This document shows, piece by piece, positions 10,435 to 20,469 of a stretch of DNA of 64,000 nucleotides. How positions within the stretch are numbered: position 1 is the first letter of the stretch; every line of letters begins with the position of its first letter. A model generated the notes under the pieces. It saw nothing but the letters and a program-made list of their open reading frames with translations, searched no databases and was not told the DNA's origin. The translations under genes were made by a program, and so were the position numbers. Source of the stretch: Candidatus Bathyarchaeota archaeon (GTDB lineage: Archaea > Thermoproteota > Bathyarchaeia > Bathyarchaeales > Bathycorpusculaceae); contig CAVYES010000007.1 of the NCBI GenBank assembly GCA_963767735.1, forward strand, positions 64,001 through 128,000, in the 5' to 3' direction.

Positions 10435-10571
10435 AGTGTTTTCGTTAGCTTTAGGTTTAAAAATAGTTGTGGTTGCTTCGTGCAGTCACATATGCTTAAG
10501 TACATTATCTATGTAGTTTATTTATTCTATTTAGTTCAAACGGTTAGTGGTTAGGGTAAGGAGATAATGCT

Positions 10572-10877
10572 ATGGGATGTAAAACTGCGGAAACCGAGAG
10601 CAGCCAAAAAGTGTATTTGAAAAGAGTAAGGGAAGGACCTCAAGCTAAAAACCAACCGTTCAAAAAAGGCACATTTGGAAAAGGCATGCTTGACAATAAC
10701 ACTTACAACTTGATGGAGCAGCTGGAAATTGAGAACAAAAGCTTATGGCGCATACAAAACAACTATAAAAAAGATGCTTCGACAGACAATGAAAGTAAAC
10801 AACTTTGGAGTCTTATTGAAAAAAATAAGGAAGAAGTTGTGAGGCTTCTTACAGAAAAAGTGAGAGAACGACTATAA
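10572..10877 (+). CDS. Small helical (ferritin-like half-bundle) protein; true start may be the internal ATG of MLDNNTY
   Basis: NNTYNLMEQL..ENKSLWRI..YKKDA pattern. Confidence 0.65.
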   Translation: MGCKTAETESSQKVYLKRVREGPQAKNQPFKKGTFGKGMLDNNTYNLMEQLEIENKSLWRIQNNYKKDASTDNESKQLWSLIEKNKEEVVRLLTEKVRERL

Positions 10878-11501
10878 CATCCTCTTTATGCCATCATCAA
10901 ACAAGTACACGTTTCCAATAAACGAGTAAGCATCACACTTGTAAACAATCGCTGAACCCTCAGGCACAGCGTAAATTTTCTCCTGTCGCGACAACCTTAT
11001 TAACACACTATCTTTTTCAGGTTTATAGTGGACCTTAAGTGTAAGGTCTGCTAATCCAAGCCCATCGACAATTTTGACTTTTGAATTGCTGCGGCAAGTG
11101 ACTATGCATTTTCGGCAAAGCGCCAACGCTCCAGCACTTCTGCCCACAATTACGCCGCCGTAACTATGCAGCAAACGGTCAACGCCCATGTTTTTCAGTC
11201 GCTCAACAAGAACGCTTGTAAGTCCACCCGTTAAATAAACCAGGTTAGAATCAGCCATTTTTTCAGCAATCATTTCGTTCGAATCAGAGTATTCAATAAA
11301 GTTAACCGAGCTGGCGCCAAGACTTATAAAATAATCAACCAGTCTCTTCCTCTTTTTATAGCCTTTGTCGAATGATGCTCTTGCCCAAGAAAACACAAGG
11401 ACAACAAGAGGTTCGGCTGCATCTTGGAAAGCTCTTTCATTAACTTCTTTTGCACTTCTTTTAAATACGTTTTCTCCGCCTAGGAGGTAAAGTTTGGGCA
11501 T
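10872..11501 (-). CDS. Peptidase S51 (dipeptidase E-like)
   Basis: LYLLGG, YLTGG, GRSAGA nucleophile elbow, VHY. Confidence 0.88.
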   Translation of the reverse strand: MPKLYLLGGENVFKRSAKEVNERAFQDAAEPLVVLVFSWARASFDKGYKKRKRLVDYFISLGASSVNFIEYSDSNEMIAEKMADSNLVYLTGGLTSVLVERLKNMGVDRLLHSYGGVIVGRSAGALALCRKCIVTCRSNSKVKIVDGLGLADLTLKVHYKPEKDSVLIRLSRQEKIYAVPEGSAIVYKCDAYSFIGNVYLFDDGIKRML

Positions 11502-11581
11502 ACAGCCAATAAATCGAAAACGCACCTTAAAAGGGCATGCTGCTTTTTATCACTGAGGCTTTTTAGGTGCTTGGGAAAAAG

Positions 11582-11600
11582 TATATAACGTTGTTATATA
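11582..11600. promoter_or_regulatory. Palindromic operator overlapping a TATA box
   Basis: TATATAAC-GTT-GTTATATA perfect 8-bp inverted repeat between divergent genes. Confidence 0.55.
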
Positions 11601-11687
11601 TTCCACTTTTGGCATGTCCACAATAACAAAAAATTGCCGGTTTATTTTTTGTTTGGTTGGCGTGGTATGGAGCCAAGGAGATAGAGG

Positions 11688-12830
11688 ATGAGTAAATTTG
11701 ATTACATAGAACTCAAGGCTGAATTGCTTACAAACGGAATTAATGCTACTTCAGAAGCCCTAAGAGAGTTAGGAAGCAAATACAAGGAGCAGAATCATGG
11801 TCTTTTCGGCTGGGATTTTGAGGATCACGCTGGTATAGCTTTACCGGATGATTTTGCTCTGCCAGATGGGACGATTGTTCAGTTCAGAAGAAATAGCCAC
11901 TCCAAATACTTGGTCAATCTGACAAATCATGAGTTAATATTAAACAATGGCGAAAAGGAACTGTGCCATGTTAAGTGGCTTCCTAGACCTGATTTCTATA
12001 ACCAGAAAACTACCTCCAACAACAAGATGGTCAAAATTGGTCAAATTGGAGGCGAGGATTGCCTATTCTTCTGTTACCAGAACTATTGCAGTCACTTTTC
12101 CCAAAATGAACAGTGCCTCTTCTGCAATCTAGTTGCAACCTCAAAGACTTATGATTCGGTTTTGAAAAAGAAGGATACAGAAGACATCGGAGAAGTAGCC
12201 AAAGCTGCTTTTTCTGAAGGCAAAGTAAGACATGTCCTGCTTACAGGTGGATGTTTTAGTCACCAAAGAGAAATAGAGCTTGTGTCAGAAATTGTCGCCT
12301 CAATACGTGAACATACTGGTCTTAGCAGCGTTCCCGGAACAATTCTTCCGTCACCAGCTATAAGCATGAAGGAGATACAGAAATATCACGACTCAGGCAT
12401 CAAAGCCATCGGTTTCAGCATGGAAATCTGGAGTGAAAGACTGTATCAAGCCATTTGTCCCGGAAAATCCAAAAGTGTTAGCCACGGGGCGTTTATTAAA
12501 TCCATTCAAAACGCCGTTAAAGTCTTCGGTGATGGCAACGTGTATGGAGTTTTCGTAATGGGATTAGAGCCGAAGGAAACATTCTTAGAAGGCATAAGGG
12601 AGCTGGCAGGCTTAGGAGCCAATATTGTACCTTTTGTTTGGTCACCCAATCCTGGTTCAAAACTTGAGGGACACCGAGCTCCTACCAGCAAATGGTTCGT
12701 CGAGACAATACTGGAAGCAGCTGAGATTGTTCATGACGCCAAGGTTCCACCAGGTACTGAAAATCACTGTTACAAATGCGATGGAAATTCACTGCTTCAT
12801 GATGCTCTGCGGTTGAAGGGAATAGAATAG
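11688..12830 (+). CDS. Radical SAM protein with Cx8Cx2C motif (MSMEG_0568-like architecture)
   Basis: CSHFSQNEQCLFC, LLTGG, ICPGK, MGLEP, PNPGSKL, C-terminal CYKC. Confidence 0.85.
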   Translation: MSKFDYIELKAELLTNGINATSEALRELGSKYKEQNHGLFGWDFEDHAGIALPDDFALPDGTIVQFRRNSHSKYLVNLTNHELILNNGEKELCHVKWLPRPDFYNQKTTSNNKMVKIGQIGGEDCLFFCYQNYCSHFSQNEQCLFCNLVATSKTYDSVLKKKDTEDIGEVAKAAFSEGKVRHVLLTGGCFSHQREIELVSEIVASIREHTGLSSVPGTILPSPAISMKEIQKYHDSGIKAIGFSMEIWSERLYQAICPGKSKSVSHGAFIKSIQNAVKVFGDGNVYGVFVMGLEPKETFLEGIRELAGLGANIVPFVWSPNPGSKLEGHRAPTSKWFVETILEAAEIVHDAKVPPGTENHCYKCDGNSLLHDALRLKGIE

Positions 12831-12901
12831 GTCAATTCAACTTTGATAATGGGGCTGCTTTAAGAAAACTTATAAACTTTGAATTAAGTGGGTAACTCCA
12901 G

Positions 12902-13273
12902 ATGAACATGTCTTTAGATGGGTTTGTTGAATACAAGCGAAGAGAATTCTGCAAAGACGTAAAATGCCCCGTACAGATGGAGCTAAACAAGCTAACGGAG
13001 GATTCCCCAGCTTACGAACCAACAAGGCAAAAATGCAGTAACGCGTGCCTATATACCACATGGCGGTTTCATCACTGGCTCATAGAAAAAGGATATATTA
13101 TCGCAGTTAGCTCGAAACTAAAAAATAATGAAACAACAGTTTTAGCAAACATTGACAATCAACTAGTCGATTGGATTGACAGGCAAGTTCAAAAAGGAAA
13201 TTTTACGGATAGAAGTCAATTGATTGAAAATGCTATAGCTCAATACAAAAAACGGCAAGAACAAATGCAGTGA
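12902..13273 (+). CDS. Cys-rich domain fused to a C-terminal ribbon-helix-helix domain
   Basis: FCKDVKCP...KCSNAC...FHHWL followed by IDNQLVDWIDRQVQKGNFTDRSQLIENAI. Confidence 0.75.
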   Translation: MNMSLDGFVEYKRREFCKDVKCPVQMELNKLTEDSPAYEPTRQKCSNACLYTTWRFHHWLIEKGYIIAVSSKLKNNETTVLANIDNQLVDWIDRQVQKGNFTDRSQLIENAIAQYKKRQEQMQ

Positions 13274-13334
13274 ATGATGTCCGCCCTCACTTCTCGATAA
13301 AAATACTTCTTATCTAAATGCTTTCATTTTCATT

Positions 13335-14108
13335 CTAACTGACCACTTTTCTGAATTGATACAATGTCGCCGCGAAGGCCAATAGGGCGATTAACCCGAT
13401 TGCGGTATACGCAGACACTAAAGTGCTCCAAGTCAACCCGCCTTGGACTAACGCACGCGTCACATTTGAAGCATAACTCACCGGATTATACCTAGAGACA
13501 GTCTGCGCCCAGGCAGGGAAGAAGGAAGTAGGGAACACGGCGCTACTCACAAAGATGAGCGGAAAGAACAGTACACCAGAAAGCGCAGAGATAGTCTCGG
13601 TTTTCCTAGTCTTCATCCCGACCGCAAGGAAGATTCCTGACAGGGCCAGCTCAAAGAATGCGGCTGTCACCAACATGAGCAGCACTCCTGAAACTCCTGT
13701 GGCGATAGTCACACCCAACACAATTGCAACGACGATTGTAATTAATGACTGGGCTACTACTACAAAAGCATCCGTTAATAATCTGCCCAGCAAGATTGCT
13801 GGTCTACTAACCTGAGTGAGCATCAGCTTCGAGAGGAACCCCGAATTCAGATCATTCGCAATCGAGACCCCGCCTTGAGGTGCGCTAATCATAGCGTTTA
13901 GCATCACTATTCCCGGCGTCAGATAGGCGAGGTAGTTCCCCGAGACACCTGGAAAGAGGCTGAACTTAGTAAGCAACTGCGAGAAGAGGAGGAGCATAAG
14001 CAAGGGCGTAGCAAGATTCGTCGCTAGCAAGGTAGGATTCCTAACAAGCTTCGTCAGATATCTAACAAGAAGCGATTGTACGTCGTAGAGTAATGCCACA
14101 TCGATCAC
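13335..14108 (-). CDS. ABC-2 type exporter permease (DrrB-like)
   Basis: YLTPGI, SSAVFP, WAQTVSRYNPVSY; six TMs. Confidence 0.92.
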   Translation of the reverse strand: MIDVALLYDVQSLLVRYLTKLVRNPTLLATNLATPLLMLLLFSQLLTKFSLFPGVSGNYLAYLTPGIVMLNAMISAPQGGVSIANDLNSGFLSKLMLTQVSRPAILLGRLLTDAFVVVAQSLITIVVAIVLGVTIATGVSGVLLMLVTAAFFELALSGIFLAVGMKTRKTETISALSGVLFFPLIFVSSAVFPTSFFPAWAQTVSRYNPVSYASNVTRALVQGGLTWSTLVSAYTAIGLIALLAFAATLYQFRKVVS

Positions 14109-14109
14109 C

Positions 14110-15108
14110 TCACATCAGGAAGGGCTCAGTTTCCTTTCTGCCAAGCTCCTCTGACCTAATTCTCCTGCCTGTCTGATGCAGAAAGACATCGTCTAAGGTC
14201 GGAGAGGAAATGCTGAGAAAAGCTGGGCGAATGTTATTTCGGTCAAGCAAGGTCACAACATCGGCGATTATCTCACCAGCGTTCTTCGCGTAGGCAACAA
14301 CACCCCCATCCGAATCCATGACATTAGTAACTTCTGGAATCGTTTTGAGAATCTCCTTTGTTTTTACTCTCAAAGCAGCATCCGCCCTGTCCTTCAGCGT
14401 CAGCGTAATCGTATCGCCTCCCAACGCCGCTTTGAGTTCCGAAGGAGAACCACCTGCGATGAGCTTACCGTGATCTATTATGGAGAGCGCCCGACAGAGC
14501 CGGTCAGCTTCCTCCAAATACTGCGTAGTCAAAAAGATCGTTATGCCTTCTTCCTTATTCAGTTTCTCCAGATAATCCCAGATGGCCACACGAGACTGGG
14601 CGTCAAGTCCTGTGGTCGGCTCATCCAAGAATAACAACTTCGGCTTGTGAATTAGAGCTGAAGCCAAATCCAGCCTCTTCCTCATCCCGCCCGAGTAGCG
14701 ACCTGCAGGTTTCTTTGCCACATCCTCAAGCTGCACTAGCTTCAAAAGCTCATCTACTCGATCCTTGAGAACGGGATCATGAAGCTGTTGTAAACGACCC
14801 TGAAGACGCAGATTCTCCCTCCCGGTTAGGTCTACATCCAGACTCGTCTCTTGGCTTAGAACCCCAATGGCTTTTCGGATTTCTTTTGGTGATTTGTCTA
14901 AATCGTAACCTGCTACTTGGGCGTACCCTGAAGTCTTTCTGAGGAGTGTGGTGAGGACTTTGATTGTGGTGCTTTTTCCTGCACCGTTGGGTCCCAGGAA
15001 TCCGAAGAACCCGCCTTCTTTGACGTCAAAAGATATGTTGTCGACCGCTTTTGTGCCATCGGCGTACACTTCGACGAGGTCTTTTACGGTTATGATGTAT
15101 TTGACCAT
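14110..15108 (-). CDS. ABC exporter ATP-binding subunit (DrrA-like)
   Basis: GPNGAGKST, YSGGM, LFLDEPTTGLD, PTLDDVFL. Confidence 0.95.
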   Translation of the reverse strand: MVKYIITVKDLVEVYADGTKAVDNISFDVKEGGFFGFLGPNGAGKSTTIKVLTTLLRKTSGYAQVAGYDLDKSPKEIRKAIGVLSQETSLDVDLTGRENLRLQGRLQQLHDPVLKDRVDELLKLVQLEDVAKKPAGRYSGGMRKRLDLASALIHKPKLLFLDEPTTGLDAQSRVAIWDYLEKLNKEEGITIFLTTQYLEEADRLCRALSIIDHGKLIAGGSPSELKAALGGDTITLTLKDRADAALRVKTKEILKTIPEVTNVMDSDGGVVAYAKNAGEIIADVVTLLDRNNIRPAFLSISSPTLDDVFLHQTGRRIRSEELGRKETEPFLM

Positions 15109-15135
15109 CTTATTCTACCGCCTTACGGTAAAGTT

Positions 15136-15240
15136 CTCCGAACACCAGGCAGATAAGCGTTCTATCGAACATGTTCGGAGAGTTTAAATTGGCGAATGTA
15201 AGGTACTCCATGTTAGGTCAACCTAATTAGGTTAACCTAA
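15136..15240. promoter_or_regulatory. Operator palindromes
   Basis: CTCCGAACA...TGTTCGGAG with internal CGAACATGTTCG; tandem TTAGGTCAACCTAA TTAGGTTAACCTAA at 15213-15240. Confidence 0.6.
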
Positions 15241-15412
15241 ATCCGCAATAAAAATCTTTCGCAACCATCCGCACCTTCATCACGTCACGTCAAGAGCCGT
15301 TCTAACAAGCATCGGAGCAATTTTCTTTTTGTTGTCACCTTTAACGTAAAGAGCATGCGATAGGGAAGCTTTTACTGGCAGTTTAAACTATGATTTTTCT
15401 GGACGTGAAAAA

Positions 15413-16177
15413 ATGAAGAGGGATGATCTATACAGTGCGATTTTCAAGAGAAAATCAATTAGAAACTATGATTTGACCTCTCTAGATCAAAATCGTCTGG
15501 ATGAAATTTCTCAGAACCTTCGCAGTTTGAAACCAATGACCACTGAAATTAAGACAGAATTCAAAATCATTTCGCCAGATCAAGTAAAACGAGGCGTTAT
15601 GAAGAAAGCTCCCCACTATATAGCGGCATTCTCTGAAGCAAAGGACGTTTATTTGTCTAACGTGGGTTTCATGTTACAGCAAATGGATCTCTATTTTTCA
15701 GCTACTGGCTTAGGCAGTTGCTGGGTGGGTATTCCCAAGCCTACCAAAGAAGCAATAGATTCGTCGAATCTTGAATTTGTCATTTTGATGGAATTCGGAA
15801 ATTCAAGGGAAACATCACAAAGGACTAGTGTTTCGCAGTTCAAGAGAAAAGCTCTCTCGGAAATAACAAATATTAAGGGTGCTGATGAATTGCTGGAACC
15901 CGCCCGTCTGTCTCCATCAGCAATTAATTTTCAGAATTGGTACTTTACTGGTGACAAGAATTTGATTCATGCTTATTCTTTCAAACCGAGCTTATTTAGG
16001 AAGATTGCTGGGGGGAAGTATTACCCTATCAACATGGGCATTGCTGTTTGCCATTTGGATATCGCAGCCGAGCACTTTGGTAGAAAAGCTTCGATTGTGT
16101 TTGAAGAAAAGAAAGACAAGAATCCACCAAAAGAGAGTGATTACATTGCTAGTCTTGAGATTGAGAGCGCGCCGTGA
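15413..16177 (+). CDS. Nitroreductase family protein (TM1586-like, duplicated domain)
   Basis: IFKRKSIRNY, GLGSCW, ARLSPSAINFQNW. Confidence 0.9.
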   Translation: MKRDDLYSAIFKRKSIRNYDLTSLDQNRLDEISQNLRSLKPMTTEIKTEFKIISPDQVKRGVMKKAPHYIAAFSEAKDVYLSNVGFMLQQMDLYFSATGLGSCWVGIPKPTKEAIDSSNLEFVILMEFGNSRETSQRTSVSQFKRKALSEITNIKGADELLEPARLSPSAINFQNWYFTGDKNLIHAYSFKPSLFRKIAGGKYYPINMGIAVCHLDIAAEHFGRKASIVFEEKKDKNPPKESDYIASLEIESAP

Positions 16178-16442
16178 TAAACCGCTTGTGGGACGTTGTA
16201 ATATCGGAGCAACAAGAACTATGGTATCAAGACTCGAAGCCCTGACGGGAATTTCTGGTATTTAACCAGAGTTTTTGAAGCACTCGGCGCGCCAAGAAGG
16301 ACAGATAGCGGTGTCTTTGAAATTGCTAATTAAGTCTGCAAAAAATTATCTCCTTCAAAGAAGCTTTTGCACATATTTAACTCAGTGGTTCGAAAATATC
16401 AAAAGGAGGAGAATTGGAAAAGTCTTCCGATATTATAAATAG

Positions 16443-17180
16443 TTGGTAGCTCCTGTAACTCAATGGCGACCACCTATGTTTAGACGGAGCAGGGCTGAGG
16501 AAATTGGCAGTTTTTTTGCATTAGAACTTTCTGAGAACCAGGTTGCTGTTATTTATCTTGGGGCTTCGGGAATTCTTGCAAGAACCTCAAAACTAAGCGT
16601 TCTAATCGACGCGGCAGGCTTTTTGAAGGATGATGAAACGGCGGCACTCAAAGAAGTCAACCTTCTGCTTTTTACGCACAGTCATCTGGATCATTTCAGT
16701 TCGGGCAAGACATTGAAGCTATTCAAGAAGACCAAAGCGCCCATATTGGCTGAGGCAAAAGTCGCAGACAAATTGAAAGGAAACATCCCCAGCGAAAAGT
16801 TAACCAGCGCGGTGTCTGGTCAAACGTACGTTTACGGAGACCTCATGGTAAAGGCGGTTCAAGGGGTTCACCGTGGCCCCATAATGCTCTTTCAAATAAA
16901 AATGGGGGACCTACTCGTGTTTCACGCGGGCGACTCAGGATACGTACCCCTTAAAGACTATCAGTCACAACTCGCTTTTCTGCCTACAGGCCGCTGGTCC
17001 CCAACGTCTTCCCCCGAAAACGCCTTCAAAATGGCATCTGAATTAAAACCCAACGTGGTTGTTGTCATACACGGATCCAAAGGGCAGCACAAAGAATTTG
17101 AAAACTTATTAAAGGAGAAAATGCCTCAGACAAAAGCAATCGTACCCATGCCCTTCACTACCCAAATCTTAGAAATTTGA
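16443..17180 (+). CDS. Metallo-beta-lactamase fold hydrolase
   Basis: THSHLDH, FHAGDS, VIHG. Confidence 0.9.
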   Translation: MVAPVTQWRPPMFRRSRAEEIGSFFALELSENQVAVIYLGASGILARTSKLSVLIDAAGFLKDDETAALKEVNLLLFTHSHLDHFSSGKTLKLFKKTKAPILAEAKVADKLKGNIPSEKLTSAVSGQTYVYGDLMVKAVQGVHRGPIMLFQIKMGDLLVFHAGDSGYVPLKDYQSQLAFLPTGRWSPTSSPENAFKMASELKPNVVVVIHGSKGQHKEFENLLKEKMPQTKAIVPMPFTTQILEI

Positions 17181-17229
17181 GAAATCATAGGGGTCACCAA
17201 AAAAACACTCCAAACATTTTTGCACATCT

Positions 17230-17510
17230 ATTTTGAGAGCAACTTCAGGGAAAGAATAATGATAACCGCAGAAAAAACGACTGCGAATAACGTTAGAACA
17301 ATGAAGTCGACTGCAAGACTTGTTATTCCTGTTAAGCCCAAAAGTGCTTGACGCGCAGTGTCATTTGCGTAACTAGAGGATAAATCCTAGTTACGTATTG
17401 AAGCCAAACCGGCATGGAATTTATGGGAAATAAAGAGTTGCTGGCAAAAAGCAGCGGCAAACTGATAAAGCTCATAACAGCCAACTGAACATTCGCGCGG
17501 CGCGCTTGGA
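17230..17510 (-). pseudogene. C-terminal fragment of an ABC-2 permease
   Basis: FISLPLLFASNSLFPINSMPVWLQYV, frameshifted and lacking the N-terminus. Confidence 0.7.
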
Positions 17511-17726
17511 GTATTAGGAGTGAATGGTGGAAATCCAACTGAGAGAGCTCTTCAAATTGCTATTCCATTGATTGTAATTGCTTCTACTCTCTTGTTCATT
17601 GGTGTTTTCTCAATCTCCCTAATGATTTACAGGATAGGCAGAGAACCAGAATAAATTCAAGTTAGCTCTGAAATAAGCCTATGCCCACTTTAGTTCTTGG
17701 CTTTTAGCATGCGCTTTTTTCAACCG

Positions 17727-18047
17727 TTAATTAGGAAGATAGTAGGCTTTGAAAAGCGAGATTTTGTTGCTTATAATATTTGTTTTTTCTGGAACTTCCG
17801 TAGAAGCCTTATTTTGAGCGATTGGAACGTTCTTCTGAAGGTCAGAGGGTTTATCATTTCCAGATTTCACTTCTACTAATTTGCTTTCCACCTCTCTACC
17901 TGTGAATGGATCCCTTTTTCTAACTCGGAAATCAGAACATATTCCAGTTCTCTCAACTTCCCAACCTCGCACGGAATATGACGTTACTGTACAGTCATCG
18001 GCTGCTTTACCTTTGCTCGGCTGTTTGCTAGTGAAGGCGGATACCAA
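17727..18047 (-). pseudogene. Degraded PD-(D/E)XK nuclease-like gene
   Basis: GWEVERTG..SDFRV...LVEVKSG; ends look disrupted. Confidence 0.5.
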
Positions 18048-18177
18048 CCAATACCCGATATGAGAGGGACGGACATTGAAAAAACTTTGCCAAGTCCCAT
18101 AGAGACCTAAACCGCTTCGGGCGTCAATCCAATTAATTTCGTAGGTACAACTCTAGCATGCGCGACTTCACCATCTT

Positions 18178-18606
18178 TTATGGAAGAGTGGAAGGATGGC
18201 GCCCCATGACCTCCAGAATTTCCTCGGAGATCGACTTTTTCCCAAGATTTCGCACAAAATCGGCAGCCACAACTATCCCAACCAATCTGTTTTGCTTCAA
18301 CACTGGAAGCCTCCTAATTCCATTACGTGACATCACCCTAGCAGCCTCCTTAATCGAAGCATCAGGATCAATCGTAATAAGAGACTTAGACATAATCTCC
18401 GAGATTTTGGTGTCCCCCGATAATTTTTTCGCCACAACCCTTCTAACAAAATCTCTCTCAGTAACAATTCCAACGGGCACATCCCCGTCCAAAATTACCA
18501 AACAGCCCAATTCGCAAGAACTCATTATCTCCGCCGCTTCAAAAACACTGTTATCAACACCGATTGAAACTACATCCGTAGTCATAATATCCTTTACCGA
18601 TGTCAT
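18178..18606 (-). CDS. CBS domain pair protein
   Basis: VKDIMT, GIVTERD, IRRLPV, LVGIV. Confidence 0.92.
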   Translation of the reverse strand: MTSVKDIMTTDVVSIGVDNSVFEAAEIMSSCELGCLVILDGDVPVGIVTERDFVRRVVAKKLSGDTKISEIMSKSLITIDPDASIKEAARVMSRNGIRRLPVLKQNRLVGIVVAADFVRNLGKKSISEEILEVMGRHPSTLP

Positions 18607-18840
18607 AAGCTCTCTTAAGAAAAACCCACCTAAAAAAGATTTACAGGTCAAACATCAAAGATTCACTTATGCATAGAAATTAAGATTGCTATGTCTTTTC
18701 TGTGGGTTTTGGTCTTCCCTGAACATGTTTTAGTGCAGCTCTTTCTGGAGGCAATACAGAAGAGGATTCAACAGGCACAATAGTAGATCATTGTATCGCT
18801 ATAGAAATCTGGTTTAAATACTCAAACTCGCCCAATTAAT

Positions 18841-19053
18841 ATGTGGGGAAGTAGGTTGGAAGTACAATATGCGTGCTTCAATGAGTTCCCCGATCAATGC
18901 GCAGGATGCCCAGAATACAGTGAAATAAGGCAAGATCAGGCACCGCAAATCACTTTGCTTTCAGGGATGGGGATGACGTATTCGCCATATGCAGTGAAAG
19001 TTGTTAAAGAATGCAAGCTATATCACAAGCGTAAAGTCGAATATATGAGATAG
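18841..19053 (+). CDS. Small Cys-containing hypothetical protein
   Basis: 70 aa with C..CAGC...C; TTTAAATA about 25 nt upstream of a leaderless ATG. Confidence 0.55.
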   Translation: MWGSRLEVQYACFNEFPDQCAGCPEYSEIRQDQAPQITLLSGMGMTYSPYAVKVVKECKLYHKRKVEYMR

Positions 19054-19087
19054 CAAAAACCATAGCGCTGCCTTGAATAAGCCCGAA

Positions 19088-19152
19088 ATAGCCAAGGAAA
19101 AGTTTGATGAACTAGATTATCGGGGAAATATATCGATTTTTACGTCACTTCT
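19088..19152 (+). repeat. Intergenic direct repeat, copy 1
   Basis: ACTAGATTATCGGGGAAATATATCGATTTTTACGTCACTTCT, similar to 20021-20090. Confidence 0.75.
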
Positions 19153-19423
19153 TGGATGGGCTAAAATTAGCTAAATGAATGCTGGTAAATTTTTTCAGGT
19201 AAATTATCACGTGAACCGACTTTTAAATTAGCGTCGCTTTTCTTGATTGGGATTTGGAATTTTCTCAGAACAGTAGAGACGGTCTTGAAAGTGGCTTTCG
19301 AGTTATTGGAATCGAAGATTTTCAAAACCCGCATGGAGAAAGCTATAGAAGTGCTTGGAGTAGGAATCGAGTATCGCTTAATCCTGCAACATATCTCCTT
19401 GAACCGTTTTAGCATTTTAATTT

Positions 19424-19948
19424 CTATATCGTCTGCTTCATTTCTTTGAAACGCACGACTTTAGTCTTGGTTTTATCCAGAATAACCTTTCCATTCTGAA
19501 TGCTAAGGTAAGCAGCAATTGTACCGACAGTAGCCATCCCGGGAACTACCTTAAATGGTTCTGGCAACGCAGTTTTTATTCCCTCACTACCAGCATTACA
19601 ACTCAACGCAATTGCCGCATCATACTTCTCGCAAGCTTTACTTATCTTATTTCGGTCCTTTTGATTTAGCCAACATAAAGGAGAAGTAGGAAATCCGAAA
19701 ATTTTCACGCTTGCAGATACTCCTTTCTTTTCGAACAATTCCTTAATGCGATTAGCCTCTTGAGCGACACCATAGGGTTTATAAGTTAAACCACCAAGCG
19801 ATGATTTTCCGATCACTGACATGTCCTTAGAATAAGCAATGCTTTGGTTGGCACAGTAAGGGCATCCAATTATGCAAACAGACTTTTCATTTCCAACATG
19901 TTGCAGAAGATACGCGTCACTTGCAAGTTCAGAATAGCTTCCCAACAA
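19424..19948 (-). CDS. Cys-rich protein resembling the MetV / MTHFR-associated domain
   Basis: VCIIGCPYCAN...LC...ALSCNAG...VVPG spacing. Confidence 0.6.
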   Translation of the reverse strand: MLGSYSELASDAYLLQHVGNEKSVCIIGCPYCANQSIAYSKDMSVIGKSSLGGLTYKPYGVAQEANRIKELFEKKGVSASVKIFGFPTSPLCWLNQKDRNKISKACEKYDAAIALSCNAGSEGIKTALPEPFKVVPGMATVGTIAAYLSIQNGKVILDKTKTKVVRFKEMKQTI

Positions 19949-20020
19949 GAATCGCCACTTTCTCCTATGAGATCACCAAGTAATTAAGATTCTTCTATTT
20001 GGGTCCCTGAACAAGCAACT

Positions 20021-20090
20021 ATGGCTAAGACAAAGTTGATCGAGGAAACTAAATTATCGTGGAAAATATCGATTTTTACATCACTTCTCG
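20021..20090 (+). repeat. Intergenic direct repeat, copy 2
   Basis: ACTAAATTATCGTGGAAAATATCGATTTTTACATCACTTCTCG. Confidence 0.75.
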
Positions 20091-20097
20091 CATGTTC

Positions 20098-20402
20098 TTA
20101 AGAAGCGAATTCAGGCATTACTTTCTCGGCAAACAGCTTTAGTGCCTTTTCCTCATTTCCATAGTTCATATTCAAGATAAGATATTGCACTCCGCGTTAA
20201 CTAATTCCTGAACCTTCTCAACCATCTGCTTTGGCGTTCCGTAGATCACCATTCTCCCATACTGTGCGTCAGTTACGCCTCGTCCGCGGTCTTTCTGCAC
20301 CATCTGGACGACTTCTTTTGCATCCTCACCGATTATCAGATGACCCAGCTTAGTCTTAAGTACATCATCGTAATTTCTTCCAACCGCCTTACAGTGTCCT
20401 CT
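20098..20402 (-). pseudogene. C-terminal remnant of an LLM-class flavin/F420 oxidoreductase
   Basis: Manual translation HCKAVGRNYDDV...IYGTPKQMVEKVQEL..(fs)..LKLFAEKVMPEF*. Confidence 0.7.
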
Positions 20403-20469
20403 TAACTTTTTGCGTCACCGTATAATGCATCAAAATGATGTGAATGGATTGAAATATTTGCTTGCGCCT

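Noticed and set aside
18158-18676. 172-aa plus-strand ORF and similar long antisense ORFs in the track
   Set aside because: Shadows of well-supported genes on the opposite strand
19167-19415. 82-aa ORF, possibly a polysaccharide deacetylase remnant (..KATF..)
   Set aside because: Too degenerate to support a call
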